Assembly: GCA_963734935.1 (NCBI GenBank)
Contig: CAVTIO010000009.1
Location: 85,698 to 149,697 of the forward strand
Reading direction: 5' to 3'
Origin: an uncultured Chloroflexia bacterium
GTDB lineage: Bacteria; Chloroflexota; Limnocylindria; Limnocylindrales; CSP1-4
Length of the DNA: 64,000 nt
Positions within the stretch are counted from its first letter, which is position 1; the number at the start of each line of letters is the position of its first letter. This document shows positions 18,806-29,316 of this stretch, in pieces. Both the position numbers and the translations under genes were made by a program. The notes beneath the pieces were generated by a model. That model was not told the origin of the DNA. It worked only from the letters and a program-made list of their open reading frames with translations, and searched no databases.

Positions 18806-20380
18806 GTGATCGTCGGTGGCTCGGACCTGCGTGCGTCAAGTGCGCAGGCGGCGGAGCGACGGCTGACGCTGATCGCGTTGGCTGCCATTCTCGTGCTGGG
18901 CGCGGTGATCCGCCTGTGGAGCCTCGATGCCGTAGGCCTCAACAGCGATGAGGCCGTGTATTCGGGTCAGGCTGCCGCCCTCGCGGGCGATCCCATCTAC
19001 CGGGGGTTCTTCGCGATCTTCAGGGCGCACCCGCTGCTGGTGCAGTTCGCACTCGCCCTCGTGTACCAGCTCGGTGTCAACGACATAGCCGGCCGCCTCG
19101 TGAGCGTCGCCTTCGGTGTCGCTGCAATCCCATTGATGTACGCGCTCGGCAGCCTCATGTATGGGCGCAAGGCGGGAGTGATCGCGGCGGCCATCCTGGC
19201 GTTCATGCCTTACCACGTGATCGTGACCCGACAGGTCCTGCTCGATGGCCCCGAGACGACGCTGTGGCTCGCGACGATCTACGGGATCGCGCGCTACGCG
19301 GTGACGGCGCGACCGCGGTGGTTGTACGCGGCCGCGTTCGCCGGCGGGATGACCGTGCTGGCGAAGGAGACCGCGATTCTGGTCGTCGCGGTGGGCTTCG
19401 CCTTTGCGCTGATGACGCCGACTGTCCGGCTCACCCTGCGACGCATCGTGATCGCAAGTGCGGTGTTCGTGCTCGCGATCATTCCCTATCCAGCGGCGAT
19501 CCTGGTGGGCGGCGCGACGGGCACGGCGCAGCAGTACTTCGTGTGGCAGCTGCTACGGCGGCCGAACCACACGGGGACGTTCTACTTCGAGGTGCTCGGC
19601 GGCGCGATGGGCCTGGTGCTGCTGATCCTCGTGGCGCTCGGCGTGATCGCCGCCATCCGGCTTGCCACCTGGCAGGACCGGTTGCTGCTCGCGTGGCTGC
19701 TGGTGCCGTTCGCGTTCTTTGAGATCTGGCCGGTGAAGGGCTACCAGTATCTGCTGCCGATCGCCCCGGCCTGCGCGCTTCTCGCGACGCGGGCGCTCCA
19801 GGCGCCATGGTCCACGTGGCTCGCGCGATGGACAGGGCGACTCGATCTCGACGCGCGGCAGCTGTCAGGCGCGCGCGCCCTCGCCACGATCGCCGTGCCG
19901 TTGCTGCTGGTGGTCACGTTGGTGGTGCCATCCGTCAACGCTGTTTCGACAACCACCACGCAGGGTTCGCTGGCAGGCACCGGGGGCCTGCCCGGTGCGC
20001 GAGAAGCCGGCCTGTGGGTGCGGCAGAACGTGCCCGCCGGGTCGACATTCATGACCATCGGGCCGACGATGTCGAACATCATCGAGTTCTACGGCCAGCG
20101 AGAATCCCATGGGTTGAGCGTGAGCCCGAACCCGCTGCGCCGAAACCCCTCATACGACCCGATCATCAACCCTGATCGCTCGATCCAGACGCTGAAGCTC
20201 CACTACGCGGTCTGGGATATCTGGTCCTCATCGCGGTCCACGTTCTTCGCAGACATGCTCCAGCGCTACATCGACAAGTACCATGGGCGGCTCATTTACC
20301 AGCAGCATGCGATAGTGCGCGACGCAAACGGCAACCTGAGCGACCAGGTCGTGGCCGCCATCTACCAGCTCCAGCGATGA
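18806..20380 (+). CDS. GT-C fold glycosyltransferase, GT39/GT83 family (protein O-mannosyltransferase/ArnT-like)
   Basis: 524 aa polytopic membrane protein. First extracytoplasmic loop carries the DE motif ([10 protein letters not shown]), followed by ...[27 protein letters not shown]...LAKETAIL...; many TM helices and a soluble C-terminal domain. GTG start. Confidence 0.75.
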   Translation: MIVGGSDLRASSAQAAERRLTLIALAAILVLGAVIRLWSLDAVGLNSDEAVYSGQAAALAGDPIYRGFFAIFRAHPLLVQFALALVYQLGVNDIAGRLVSVAFGVAAIPLMYALGSLMYGRKAGVIAAAILAFMPYHVIVTRQVLLDGPETTLWLATIYGIARYAVTARPRWLYAAAFAGGMTVLAKETAILVVAVGFAFALMTPTVRLTLRRIVIASAVFVLAIIPYPAAILVGGATGTAQQYFVWQLLRRPNHTGTFYFEVLGGAMGLVLLILVALGVIAAIRLATWQDRLLLAWLLVPFAFFEIWPVKGYQYLLPIAPACALLATRALQAPWSTWLARWTGRLDLDARQLSGARALATIAVPLLLVVTLVVPSVNAVSTTTTQGSLAGTGGLPGAREAGLWVRQNVPAGSTFMTIGPTMSNIIEFYGQRESHGLSVSPNPLRRNPSYDPIINPDRSIQTLKLHYAVWDIWSSSRSTFFADMLQRYIDKYHGRLIYQQHAIVRDANGNLSDQVVAAIYQLQR

Positions 20381-21762
20381 CGATGACATCCCGCATTCCG
20401 CATTCCCGAGCCACCGCCGTGGTGCTGGCGGCTGGGCTGCTCGCGGTGACCTTCACCGGCGCAGGCCCCGTGTCGAGTGTGGCCGCGGCGGGCCCTGACG
20501 CCGGCCACGAGCCGGCCACGCCGATTGAGCATCTCGTGGTCCTGATGCAGGAAAACCACACGTTCGACAACTACTTCGGCACGTACCCGGGTGCCGACAC
20601 CCCACCCAGCGACGTCTGCATGCCCCGGGACCCGACCGACCCGTCCCTGGGCTGCGTGGCGCCGTACCACCTCGACTCGCACCGGACGATTGACCTCAGC
20701 CACGGCCCGGAGGTCGCGAAGGCCGTCATCAACGACGGTGCGATGAACGGGTTCATCTCGGCGCAGAACAAGCGGAACCTGCCGGGCGAGGTCGCGATGG
20801 GCTACTACGACGGCAGTGACCTTCCCTTCTACTGGAACCTGGCCTCGACGTCCATCCTGGCCGATCGGTTCTTCAGCTCGGATGCGGGGGGTAGCCGCGA
20901 GAATCACATGTTCTGGGTGGCGGGCCAGGCCGGCAGCGCACAGGCTGCTCCTCCTGGCGGCTACCAGTTCGACACGATCTTCGACCGCCTCGAGGAGGCC
21001 GGCGTCTCCTGGCGCTTCTACGTGCAGAACTACGACTCGACGATCACCTACAGGACGCTCACGGGGGAGCCACAGGATTCCCAGACGATCTGGGTGCCCT
21101 TGCTCAACTTCGACCGCTTCATCGACGACCCTGCGCTGTCGTCGCACATCGTGGACGTGAGCCAGTACCACGAGGACCTGGCCGCCGGCACGCTTCCGGC
21201 CGTGTCGTACATCGTGCCGTCGGGCGCGAGCGAGCACCCGCCCGGTGACGTCACGATCGGGCAGGTGTACGGGGCGTCGCTCGTGACCGCGCTGATGCAG
21301 AGCAGCAGCTGGTCGAACAGCCTGTTCGTCCTGACCTGGGATGACTGGGGTGGCTGGTACGACCATGTCACCCCACCGCAGATCGATGTCGATGGACTTG
21401 GTCTGCGTGTTCCGGCCCTGTTCATGTCGCCGTACGCCCCACCTGGTCGCATCGACAGCACGGCCTATGACTTCACCTCGATCCTGCGGTTCATCGAGGA
21501 CAACTGGGGTATCGCCCCGCTCACGGCGCGGGACGCGACCGCCAGCAGCGTCGCGACGGAGCTGGACTTCCAGTCCCCGCCGAATGCAGCGGTGTTGCCG
21601 GGGTCCGTCTACCCGCCCGTTGAGAAGACCGACGGCGCAGCTCGGCTGCTGCTGTTCCTGATCTACGGCGTGATCTGCCTTGCCGTTCCGATCGGCGCGG
21701 TCGTGGTGTGGCGGCGGCGCCGGCCCCGCTCGCCCGTCGTGGAGCCGGGGGTCAGGGTCTGA
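20377..21762 (+). CDS. Phosphoesterase-family protein (PF04185; phospholipase C/acid phosphatase AcpA-like), secreted with C-terminal TM anchor
   Basis: [25 protein letters not shown] signature; signal peptide [13 protein letters not shown]; C-terminal [22 protein letters not shown]; ATGA overlap with the upstream gene. Confidence 0.75.
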   Translation: MTMTSRIPHSRATAVVLAAGLLAVTFTGAGPVSSVAAAGPDAGHEPATPIEHLVVLMQENHTFDNYFGTYPGADTPPSDVCMPRDPTDPSLGCVAPYHLDSHRTIDLSHGPEVAKAVINDGAMNGFISAQNKRNLPGEVAMGYYDGSDLPFYWNLASTSILADRFFSSDAGGSRENHMFWVAGQAGSAQAAPPGGYQFDTIFDRLEEAGVSWRFYVQNYDSTITYRTLTGEPQDSQTIWVPLLNFDRFIDDPALSSHIVDVSQYHEDLAAGTLPAVSYIVPSGASEHPPGDVTIGQVYGASLVTALMQSSSWSNSLFVLTWDDWGGWYDHVTPPQIDVDGLGLRVPALFMSPYAPPGRIDSTAYDFTSILRFIEDNWGIAPLTARDATASSVATELDFQSPPNAAVLPGSVYPPVEKTDGAARLLLFLIYGVICLAVPIGAVVVWRRRRPRSPVVEPGVRV

Positions 21763-23492
21763 TGGTCGCTTCGATCCAGCCGCGCGGCCCCGCCTTCGGT
21801 GGCGCTCGCGCGCAGCTGGCGCGCACGCTGGCTCCAGTGCTGATGCTGGTCCTCGCGGTGCTTGTCGCCCTGAGCACTGCGGCGCCCGCCCTGGCCGCCA
21901 AGAACACGACCGTCTCGATCAAGCTCAACGCGCCTCGTACCGCTCCGATCGGATCCGAGGTCTCGGTGACCGGGAAGATCCAGCGTGCCGATGGGAAGTC
22001 ACCTCGGGGCCTCCGGGTGGTCCTGTACATCGGCGGCCAGTACCTCGCGAGCGCACGAGCGGACGGAGCCGGTCGTATCCGCTTCACGATCCGCGGGGCG
22101 AACACGGAGGTCGCGCGTGACCTGCGCCTCCGCGCGGCTTTCGAGGGGGCAACCGGGATCTCGCCGAAGTCGGTCAGGAAGACGGTGACGATCCGGCCGG
22201 CCCACATCAGCGTGACCACAGTGCCCGCCGTCCCCGGCCTCCCGATCTCGATCGGCGATGTGGACAAGGTCACCGACGAGAGCGGTATGGTGACATTCGA
22301 CGTCGACCAGGTCGGCAACGTGAAGCTCGTTCCGCAGCTCGATGCCCAGGGCGATCCATTGACGCGGATCAGCTTCATCCGGTGGCAGGACAGCGTCTAC
22401 TCCCTCGCCCGGACGATCTCGGTGCGTGGCGACGCCGACTATGTGATCGGGCTCAGGGTTGCGTACCAGGGGAGCGTCGACTTCGCGGACCTCGACGGTC
22501 AGGCGGTGGACCCGTCGCTCATCGAAAGTGCGCGATTCACGTCATCCGGAGGCGGCGAGCTGAGCCTCACCAGCTTCGAGGACGTGTGGTGGGTGGCGGC
22601 CACCGCCGTGAGCCGGACTGGCGGCCTCCAGGAGTCGGACACCCTGTGGCGACTCGCCGAGGTCCAGATGTCCGGGGCGAACGTTGTCCACCGCGGCCAG
22701 CAGGCATACACCCCCACGCGCGGCGGCAAGTGGACCATCAACCTCCTGCTGTATGACCTTGCGATCAGAGCGAGTGACGCGGTCACCGGGGCAACCATCC
22801 ACGGGCCGGTGGTCCTGACCTACCCGGACGCCACCACGCAGACCGGCGAACCCGGTGACGATGGTCTGGTCAGGTTCAACGCGCTGCCGCGCGGGCAATA
22901 CACCGTCGTTGTCGACGTGGCTGGCGTGTCGCCCAAGACGCCGATCGCGCTGTCACGGTCGCAGGAAGCCGAGATCCGGATCATCTCCGCGCTGGATATC
23001 GCAGTCGCAGCCCTCCTCGCCGTGACGATCCCGATCCTGCTCTACGTCGTGGGTCGGGGCGTGCCCCGCGTCCAGGTCACTCGCCTCAAGGAGGCTGGTC
23101 GGCGCGGCGGTGCGCTGACCACCCAGGCGGGCGTGGCCGCTATGAGCCGGGGCCGAGCGGCGAGTGACGCCGTCAGGCGTGTCCCGTCCGACCTGACCAC
23201 GGTTGACCAGGGTCGCATGGCCGCAGCGCTCGAGTTTGCCGGGCTGATGGGCCGCCGATCATGGGCCGAGGCGCAATGGATCGTGGCGCGCCTCCGCTAT
23301 CGGGTCGCCGTCGCGCGCGGTCAACCCATGGACCCACCTGTGAAGCCGGTGGTCTCGCCCGCTCACGCCGCGACCTCCGGAGCGGGCGAGCCGACGCTTG
23401 AGTGCCCTCGATGCCATGGCCAGGTTCCGGAAGGTGCCTTGTTCTGCCGCACCTGCGGGCGCCTGCAGTCGAGCGCGCCCAAGGGTCGATGA
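21762..23492 (+). CDS. Hypothetical secreted/membrane protein with C-terminal zinc-ribbon (CxxC...CxxC)
   Basis: TGATG overlap with upstream stop; signal peptide LAPVLMLVLAVLVALSTAAPALAA; internal TM IAVAALLAVTIPILLYVVG; C-terminus ECPRCHGQVPEGALFCRTCGRL. The ORF-track start is a GTG at 21708 inside the upstream gene, so I prefer the ATG at 21762. Confidence 0.55.
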   Translation: MVASIQPRGPAFGGARAQLARTLAPVLMLVLAVLVALSTAAPALAAKNTTVSIKLNAPRTAPIGSEVSVTGKIQRADGKSPRGLRVVLYIGGQYLASARADGAGRIRFTIRGANTEVARDLRLRAAFEGATGISPKSVRKTVTIRPAHISVTTVPAVPGLPISIGDVDKVTDESGMVTFDVDQVGNVKLVPQLDAQGDPLTRISFIRWQDSVYSLARTISVRGDADYVIGLRVAYQGSVDFADLDGQAVDPSLIESARFTSSGGGELSLTSFEDVWWVAATAVSRTGGLQESDTLWRLAEVQMSGANVVHRGQQAYTPTRGGKWTINLLLYDLAIRASDAVTGATIHGPVVLTYPDATTQTGEPGDDGLVRFNALPRGQYTVVVDVAGVSPKTPIALSRSQEAEIRIISALDIAVAALLAVTIPILLYVVGRGVPRVQVTRLKEAGRRGGALTTQAGVAAMSRGRAASDAVRRVPSDLTTVDQGRMAAALEFAGLMGRRSWAEAQWIVARLRYRVAVARGQPMDPPVKPVVSPAHAATSGAGEPTLECPRCHGQVPEGALFCRTCGRLQSSAPKGR

Positions 23493-24718
23493 CCCTCCGC
23501 ACCGAGGGTTACCGGCAATCGATGCGACACAGCTCGATCGGTACCCGGGTGGTGCTGGTCGCGATGCTCGCCGCCGTGTGCTTCATCGGCGTCAGCCCCG
23601 GGGGTGTGGACGTCGTATCAGCCCGCCCGGCGGGCACGGCTGACGTCCTGTCGCGACACCAGGTCGCGGCGGGTGCCGCAACGAATCGGCCACTCGTGCT
23701 CGCCTACTACTACATCTGGTATCGAGAGGCCAGCTGGCAACGTGCCAAGACCGACCTCCCGGCGCTTGGACCGTACAGCTCCTCCGACCCTTCGGTGATC
23801 GCCCAGCACGTGGCCTGGGCGATGGCATCCGGCGTCGACGGCCTCATCGTCAGCTGGAAGCACGAGGCACGACTCGACGAGCCGCTGGAGCTCCTGGTCG
23901 ACGAGGCCACGGCCTCGGGGCTCAAGCTCGTCCTCCTGTACCAGGGCCTGGACTTCGATCGGCAGCCGCTGGATGTAGCCAAGGTCGAGGACGATCTCCA
24001 CTGGTTCCTCGATACATACGAGGCCTCGCCCGCGTTCGCGGCGTTCGGGCAGCCCACGGTCATCTGGTCTGGATCGTGGGGATACACGGACGCACAGATC
24101 GCGCGCGTGCGGGCGAGCATCGGCGCCCCGGAGCGCGTCCTGCTTCTCGGTTCGGAGAAGTCGGCCGCGGCGTACGCGTCCCGAGTCGACCTGTTCGACG
24201 GCGACGCGTACTACTGGTCATCACCTGACCCCCTGACCACGCCCCGCTACCAGCGCCGGCTCGACGAGCTGACCGCCGCAGTACGGGCCGACGCCGGACT
24301 GTGGATCGCACCCGCGGCTCCCGGCTTCGACGCCCGATTGGTGGGCGGGACCAACGTCGTCCCGCGGCGTGATGGGCAGACGTACCGGGCGGCATGGCAG
24401 GGTGCCCTCAACTCGAGCCCTGATGCCATCGGGATCATCAGCTGGAACGAGTTCAGTGAGAACTCACAGATCGAGCCGAGCCAGCTGTACGCGGACCAGT
24501 ACCTTGGGCTGACCGCCCAGCTGGTCTCGGAGCTGCCGGGCGGCGACCCCGCGGCACCGCCGCCCACGTTCGCGCCTGCTGAAACGGTTGCGCCGCGTGC
24601 GCCGGTCGCGCCGTCCAGCCCAACCGAGGGTGGCCTCGTCGCACTGCTCGCAGGTGCCGCCGCGATCCTGGTCCTCGTCGGCGTTGGCGCGGCGGCCCGT
24701 CGGAGGGTCGGCGAGTGA
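23489..24718 (+). CDS. GH99-like (endo-alpha-mannosidase-like) domain protein, secreted, C-terminal TM anchor
   Basis: LVLAYYYIWYREASW...LGPYSSSDPSVIAQHVAWAMASGVDGLIVSWKHE...GIISWNEFSENSQIE parallels the GH99 motifs YYxWYG, LGxYSSxDPSVI and SFNEWHEGTQIE. ATGA overlap with upstream stop; C-terminal LVALLAGAAAILVLVGVGAA. Confidence 0.6.
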   Translation: MTLRTEGYRQSMRHSSIGTRVVLVAMLAAVCFIGVSPGGVDVVSARPAGTADVLSRHQVAAGAATNRPLVLAYYYIWYREASWQRAKTDLPALGPYSSSDPSVIAQHVAWAMASGVDGLIVSWKHEARLDEPLELLVDEATASGLKLVLLYQGLDFDRQPLDVAKVEDDLHWFLDTYEASPAFAAFGQPTVIWSGSWGYTDAQIARVRASIGAPERVLLLGSEKSAAAYASRVDLFDGDAYYWSSPDPLTTPRYQRRLDELTAAVRADAGLWIAPAAPGFDARLVGGTNVVPRRDGQTYRAAWQGALNSSPDAIGIISWNEFSENSQIEPSQLYADQYLGLTAQLVSELPGGDPAAPPPTFAPAETVAPRAPVAPSSPTEGGLVALLAGAAAILVLVGVGAAARRRVGE

Positions 24719-25269
24719 GCCGCGGCCGGATCGGGATCCTCGTGCTGCTCGCGGTCGGTGCGGTGCTCGCGGTGACGTGGTTTGTGCCGACCTTCGCGGG
24801 CCCGGTCTTCGTCACGGTCCGGGCCGTGCTCGTCCCGCTCGACGATGGTGGTGCGGTCGCCAGCGTTCGCCTGCCCGATGGATCCGTGGCGAACGCGAGT
24901 GGCGTCCGGGTCGACCTGGTGGTCACGAACCGCTACCCGCTGCCCGTGATTGCGTCCTTCCAGGGCCCCGCGTTCGTGGCCGTCGCGACCCCAACCGACG
25001 CGGACACGCGTGGCCTGCCCTGGACGGTGACGGCCGATGATCCGACGCTCGAGCAGACGGACGACTCGCCGGACCTGGGCGCCGGCGACCGCGTGGCGTT
25101 GGTTGACCCGGGCGAGCACGCCACGGAGATGACGCCGGGGGCGCCGACATTCGATCTCGCCGCGAGCGGTGGGCGGCTGTTGCCCGGCACCTACTCGGTG
25201 GACGTCAGCGCTTATGGGGTGACCGCCGCGCCGGTGCAGCTTGTGGTGCTCCCCGGTCCGACGGACTGA
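24715..25269 (+). CDS. Hypothetical membrane-anchored secreted protein
   Basis: GTGA overlap with upstream stop; N-terminal TM/signal IGILVLLAVGAVLAVTWFV; no recognisable family. Confidence 0.45.
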   Translation: MSRGRIGILVLLAVGAVLAVTWFVPTFAGPVFVTVRAVLVPLDDGGAVASVRLPDGSVANASGVRVDLVVTNRYPLPVIASFQGPAFVAVATPTDADTRGLPWTVTADDPTLEQTDDSPDLGAGDRVALVDPGEHATEMTPGAPTFDLAASGGRLLPGTYSVDVSAYGVTAAPVQLVVLPGPTD

Positions 25270-25736
25270 CCGACCAATCCGGGTCACCAGGCCCGTTCTC
25301 GGTGCGGCGCGGCACCACATGTTCGCGTGGCGCACCGGCGCGGTCGCCAATCGTCGTGGCTTGCCGGCGTTCGCCGGCCGGTGACCAAGCGTTCTTCACG
25401 GCGGGGATTCAGCATTCCCGAATGGCTGGCCACCGGTGCGCTGCGGTGCCGTTGGGTGCCGTCGGGTAGCCCCATCGAGAGCGAACACGGCCGTCACGCC
25501 GGACCCGATGGATCGCACGGGCTGAGCCGCCAACGCCGCTGGCTGATCTTCGATAGGGCATCTGCCGCCCTGACCATCGCGCCTCTCGACGTTCCGAGCC
25601 AGGCGCCATTCGATGGTGAGCAGCGAACGGCGGCCACGACGTGGCAGCGGGCGAGGGTGGCGAGCGGGCCAGGTCCTCACTGACTGGCGCGTCCCGGGGG
25701 CTCGGACCGGGAGCGGACGAAAGTGGAGGCCACGAC

Positions 25737-28058
25737 ATGCGCTACAAGGCGCTTTCTCCGACCATGCGAACCAGCTCGCCGGCGAGCGCGACCGCGAGTC
25801 TGGTGCCGAGTCGCGGTTCGCGATCGGCCCACCGTTGGCGCTTCGCGGGCGTGGTCATGTCGCTGACGCTGCTGCTGCTGGTTCTGCCCTGGGCAGCAGC
25901 CAGTGCGGCAGCCACCCTGGAGGTCGCCCCCTCGGTCGCGCGAGCGGACACGCAGGTCACGGTTCACGGTCAGGGGTTCGCCCCGCACACGCGGGGCTCG
26001 CTCTCGTTCGACGGCGACGACATCGGGATGCCCACCTACCGGACCCGCCGCGATGGATCGTTCAGTACGGTCATGACCGTGCCGGCGGACGCGACCGTCG
26101 GGGATCACGTCGTCACTGCGGCCTCCGGCGGCAACGGCAAAGGCAAGGGGAATCAGTCCCGGGTCTCGTCCGTCTCCGTGACCATCACCGTCGACGCGCC
26201 GACGCCTACCCCGACTCCCACTCCCAAGCCGACTCCCACCCCCACCCCCACGCCCACGCCAAAGCCAACTCCAACTCCCACGCCGACTCCCACGCCGACT
26301 CCCGCCCCCACGCCAACTCCCACGGGTACGCCGACTCCAGCTCCCACGCCGACTCCCACGGGTACGCCGGACGGCGGATCGGATGTCCAGCCCGCGTTCC
26401 CCATCCGGGCGGCCTTCTATTACCCGTGGTTCCCGGAGGCCTGGAACCAGCAGGGCCTTGACCCCTTCACGAAGTACCATCCGACGCTCGGCTACTACGA
26501 CTCGAGCGCATCCTCGATCCTCGCCGCGCACCTCGCGGCGTTCAGGTACGCGGGAATCCAGGTGGGTATCGCCTCGTGGTGGGGCCCGGACAGCCGCACG
26601 GATAGCCGCATTCCCACGATCCTGGCGGCCACGGCCGGAACGTCCACGCGCTGGACGGTCTATGTCGAGTCCGAGGGGCAGGGTGATCCATCCGTGAACG
26701 AGATCGCCTCCGACCTCACGTATGTGCGGGACCGCTACGGCTCCGATCCTTCGTATCTGCGTGTCGACGGGCGCTTCGTGGTGTTCGTCTACGCGGACGC
26801 CAACGATGGCTGCGGCATGGTGGATCGCTGGAGGAGTGCCAACGCCAATATCAACGCGTACCTTGTTCTCAAGGTGTTTCCCGGTTACCGGGCCTGTGCC
26901 GGCCAGCCCGACAGCTGGCACCAGTACGCCCCGGCCTCTGCGGAGGACAGCCAGGCCGGGTACAGCTTCAGCATCAGCCCCGGGTTCTTCAAGGCCAACG
27001 AGTCGACCCCGCGCCTCACGCGCGACCCGGCCCGATGGGCCCAGAACGTGCGTGACATGGTCGCGTCGCATGCCCCCTGGCAGCTCGTGACCACCTTCTC
27101 CGAGTGGGGTGAGGGCACGGCCGTCGAGAATGCCGCCGAGTGGAACACGATCTCGGGCCACGGAAGCTACCTGGACACCCTGAACCTGGATGGCCAGGTC
27201 TCCACGCCCACTCCCACGCCAACGCCCACCCCCACACCGATTCCCACGCCGGTGCCGACCGGCGACCCGATCCTCGTCGGGGCCGGTGACATCAGCTCCT
27301 GCTCCTCGAGCGGCGACACGGCCACCGCTGCCCTGCTCAGGTCCATCGGTGGCACCGTGTTCACAGCGGGCGACAATGCGTACGAGTCCGGTTCGACGAC
27401 CGAGTACGCCAACTGCTACGACCCGACCTGGGGTCAGGAGCTGGCGCGGACGCGACCCGCGCCGGGCAACCACGAGTACGGCACCGCGGGCGCCGCCGGC
27501 TACTTCTCGTACTTCGGCGCCGCCGCCGGCGACCCGTCGCAGGGCTGGTACGCATACGACCTGGGTGGATGGCGCATCTACGCCCTCAACAGCAACTGCA
27601 GCCAGGTTGGCGGTTGCGGGGCCGGATCACCCCAGGAGGCGTGGCTCCGATCGGACCTTGCGGCCCACCCGGCTGCGTGCGTCGCCGCTTACTGGCACCA
27701 TCCCCGGTTCTCGTCGGGTGAGCACGGGAACCACACCTCCGTCCAGACGTTGTGGCAGGACCTGTACGACGCCGGCGCCGAGATCGTGATGACCGGCCAC
27801 GATCACGACTACGAGCGCTTCCTGCCGCAGACGCCAACGGGCACCATCGACACGGCACGCGGCCTCGTGGAGTTCGTGGTGGGCACAGGCGGCAAGAGCC
27901 ACTATGCGATCACCTCAACGGTTGCCAACAGTGCCGTTCACGACGACTCAACCTATGGAGTCCTGAAGCTGACCTTGCACGCCAACAGCTGGGATTGGGC
28001 GTTCATTCCGGCCTCAGGTGGGACGTTCACCGACGGCGGCAGCGCCAACTGCCATTGA
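25737..28058 (+). CDS. Secreted multidomain protein: Ig-like domain, Pro/Thr linker, GH99-like domain, Pro/Thr linker, metallophosphatase (calcineurin-like/PAP-like)
   Basis: GGAGG SD 7 nt before the ATG at 25737. Hydrophobic signal region [17 protein letters not shown]. Linker [24 protein letters not shown]99-like [12 protein letters not shown]...[15 protein letters not shown]...[14 protein letters not shown]. Metallophosphatase GDISSC...GDNAYESG...GNHEY...GHDHDYERF. Confidence 0.7.
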   Translation: MRYKALSPTMRTSSPASATASLVPSRGSRSAHRWRFAGVVMSLTLLLLVLPWAAASAAATLEVAPSVARADTQVTVHGQGFAPHTRGSLSFDGDDIGMPTYRTRRDGSFSTVMTVPADATVGDHVVTAASGGNGKGKGNQSRVSSVSVTITVDAPTPTPTPTPKPTPTPTPTPTPKPTPTPTPTPTPTPAPTPTPTGTPTPAPTPTPTGTPDGGSDVQPAFPIRAAFYYPWFPEAWNQQGLDPFTKYHPTLGYYDSSASSILAAHLAAFRYAGIQVGIASWWGPDSRTDSRIPTILAATAGTSTRWTVYVESEGQGDPSVNEIASDLTYVRDRYGSDPSYLRVDGRFVVFVYADANDGCGMVDRWRSANANINAYLVLKVFPGYRACAGQPDSWHQYAPASAEDSQAGYSFSISPGFFKANESTPRLTRDPARWAQNVRDMVASHAPWQLVTTFSEWGEGTAVENAAEWNTISGHGSYLDTLNLDGQVSTPTPTPTPTPTPIPTPVPTGDPILVGAGDISSCSSSGDTATAALLRSIGGTVFTAGDNAYESGSTTEYANCYDPTWGQELARTRPAPGNHEYGTAGAAGYFSYFGAAAGDPSQGWYAYDLGGWRIYALNSNCSQVGGCGAGSPQEAWLRSDLAAHPAACVAAYWHHPRFSSGEHGNHTSVQTLWQDLYDAGAEIVMTGHDHDYERFLPQTPTGTIDTARGLVEFVVGTGGKSHYAITSTVANSAVHDDSTYGVLKLTLHANSWDWAFIPASGGTFTDGGSANCH

Positions 28059-28166
28059 GCGTCGCCAGGGGCGGATCACGAGTTCCCCGTATACTCCGCG
28101 AACCGGACCGCCCCAGTGTCGCAGCCGCATGGCGTGGAGGGCTGCGCGAGCCATTCGTGGAGTGTC

Positions 28167-29267
28167 ATGAGCGACCGCGCAGTGCCCCGTCTGCAAGGTA
28201 CGGGCTCCAAGCCGCATGGCCACCGTGAGGGCCTCCGAGGCGTGGTCGCGGCCGCCGGCCTTCTGGCGATGCTGGTGGTCGCCTGTGGCGGCTCGTCGGC
28301 AACGTCGACGAGCGTCCCCTCGACCGACATGACTGCCGGTCCACCGTCGATCGTTGCGCCATCCGCAACGTCGCCCGTCGGGCCGTCGACGTCGCCCGGG
28401 AGCGCCTCTCCGACCGCAGCAACGACCCCGACCCCGGCCACGCCGCTCCCATCCGGGTCCTCGGCGCCCTCGGCCGGCGAATGGCCGTCGATCGGGCACA
28501 TCTACGAGATCGTGTTCGAGAACCACGCCTTCAAGGATGTGATCGGCAACAGCGATGCACCGTACCTGAATGAGCTCGCCGGGCGCTACGGCCTCGCCAC
28601 CAGCTATCTGGCGATCACCCACCCCTCTGAACCGAACTACCTCGCGCTCTGGTCTGGCTCAACACAGGGTGTGACCGACGACGACGTCCATGACTTCAAG
28701 ACAGGATCGACCCTGGCAGACCAGATCGAACAGGCCGGTCGTGCCTGGCATGTGGCCGCCGAGAACGTTCCGCCGGACTGCTTCACGGGCGCCACGGCAA
28801 AGGGGGGAGCTGACGGGACCGGCAAGTACGTGCGAAAGCACGAGCCGGCCATCAACTGGACGAGCGTGTCGGGTGACGCCCGGCGGTGCGCCAACATCGT
28901 CGACCTCACCCACTTCGATCCCGGCCAGGGCGACTTCTGGCTGATCGTGCCGAACATGTGCCATGACATGCACGACTGCTCGCTGACGGTCGGGGACGCG
29001 TGGCTCAAGTCGTTCTTGCCGACGATTCTGTCGTCGGCCGCCTATCAGGCCGACGGGCTCGTGCTGATCACCTTCGACGAGGGCGTGGGAGATCCGCGCG
29101 GGGGGCGCGTGGCAACCCTGGTCATCAGCCCGGCGGGCAGGATGGGTTTCACTTCGGCGACGCCGCACGACCACTATTCGATGCTGCGGACGATCGAGAC
29201 CCTATGGGGCATGCCATGCCTGGCAAACAGCTGTACCGCGAACACGCTGCGCGAGTTCTTCCCCTGA
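28167..29267 (+). CDS. Phosphoesterase-family lipoprotein (PF04185-like acid phosphatase/phospholipase C)
   Basis: Lipobox LLAMLVVACGGSS followed by a Ser/Pro/Thr-rich linker; IGHIYEIVFENHAFKDVIGNSDAPYLNELAGRYGLATSY...ITHPSEPNYLALWSGST. ATG at 28167 preferred over the ORF-track start. Confidence 0.65.
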   Translation: MSDRAVPRLQGTGSKPHGHREGLRGVVAAAGLLAMLVVACGGSSATSTSVPSTDMTAGPPSIVAPSATSPVGPSTSPGSASPTAATTPTPATPLPSGSSAPSAGEWPSIGHIYEIVFENHAFKDVIGNSDAPYLNELAGRYGLATSYLAITHPSEPNYLALWSGSTQGVTDDDVHDFKTGSTLADQIEQAGRAWHVAAENVPPDCFTGATAKGGADGTGKYVRKHEPAINWTSVSGDARRCANIVDLTHFDPGQGDFWLIVPNMCHDMHDCSLTVGDAWLKSFLPTILSSAAYQADGLVLITFDEGVGDPRGGRVATLVISPAGRMGFTSATPHDHYSMLRTIETLWGMPCLANSCTANTLREFFP

Positions 29268-29316
29268 GTCAGATCGGCGCTCGGGCCGAAGATGACGGGT
29301 CTGCCGGGACGCTGGC

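Noticed and set aside
18149-18839. Several 60-170-aa ORFs overlapping the tRNA-Gly and its flanks (e.g. 18149..18649, 18299..18685, 18450..18839)
   Set aside because: They overlap a well-folded tRNA gene and are Arg/Pro/Ala-rich without start-site support.
20362-21366. 334-aa minus ORF
   Set aside because: It is a shadow of the PF04185 phosphoesterase gene.
25677-27473. 598-aa minus ORF and the poly-(GV)/(PT) ORFs 26153..26404 and 27167..27412
   Set aside because: They are antisense and off-frame readings of the Pro/Thr-linker repeats in gene 25737..28058.
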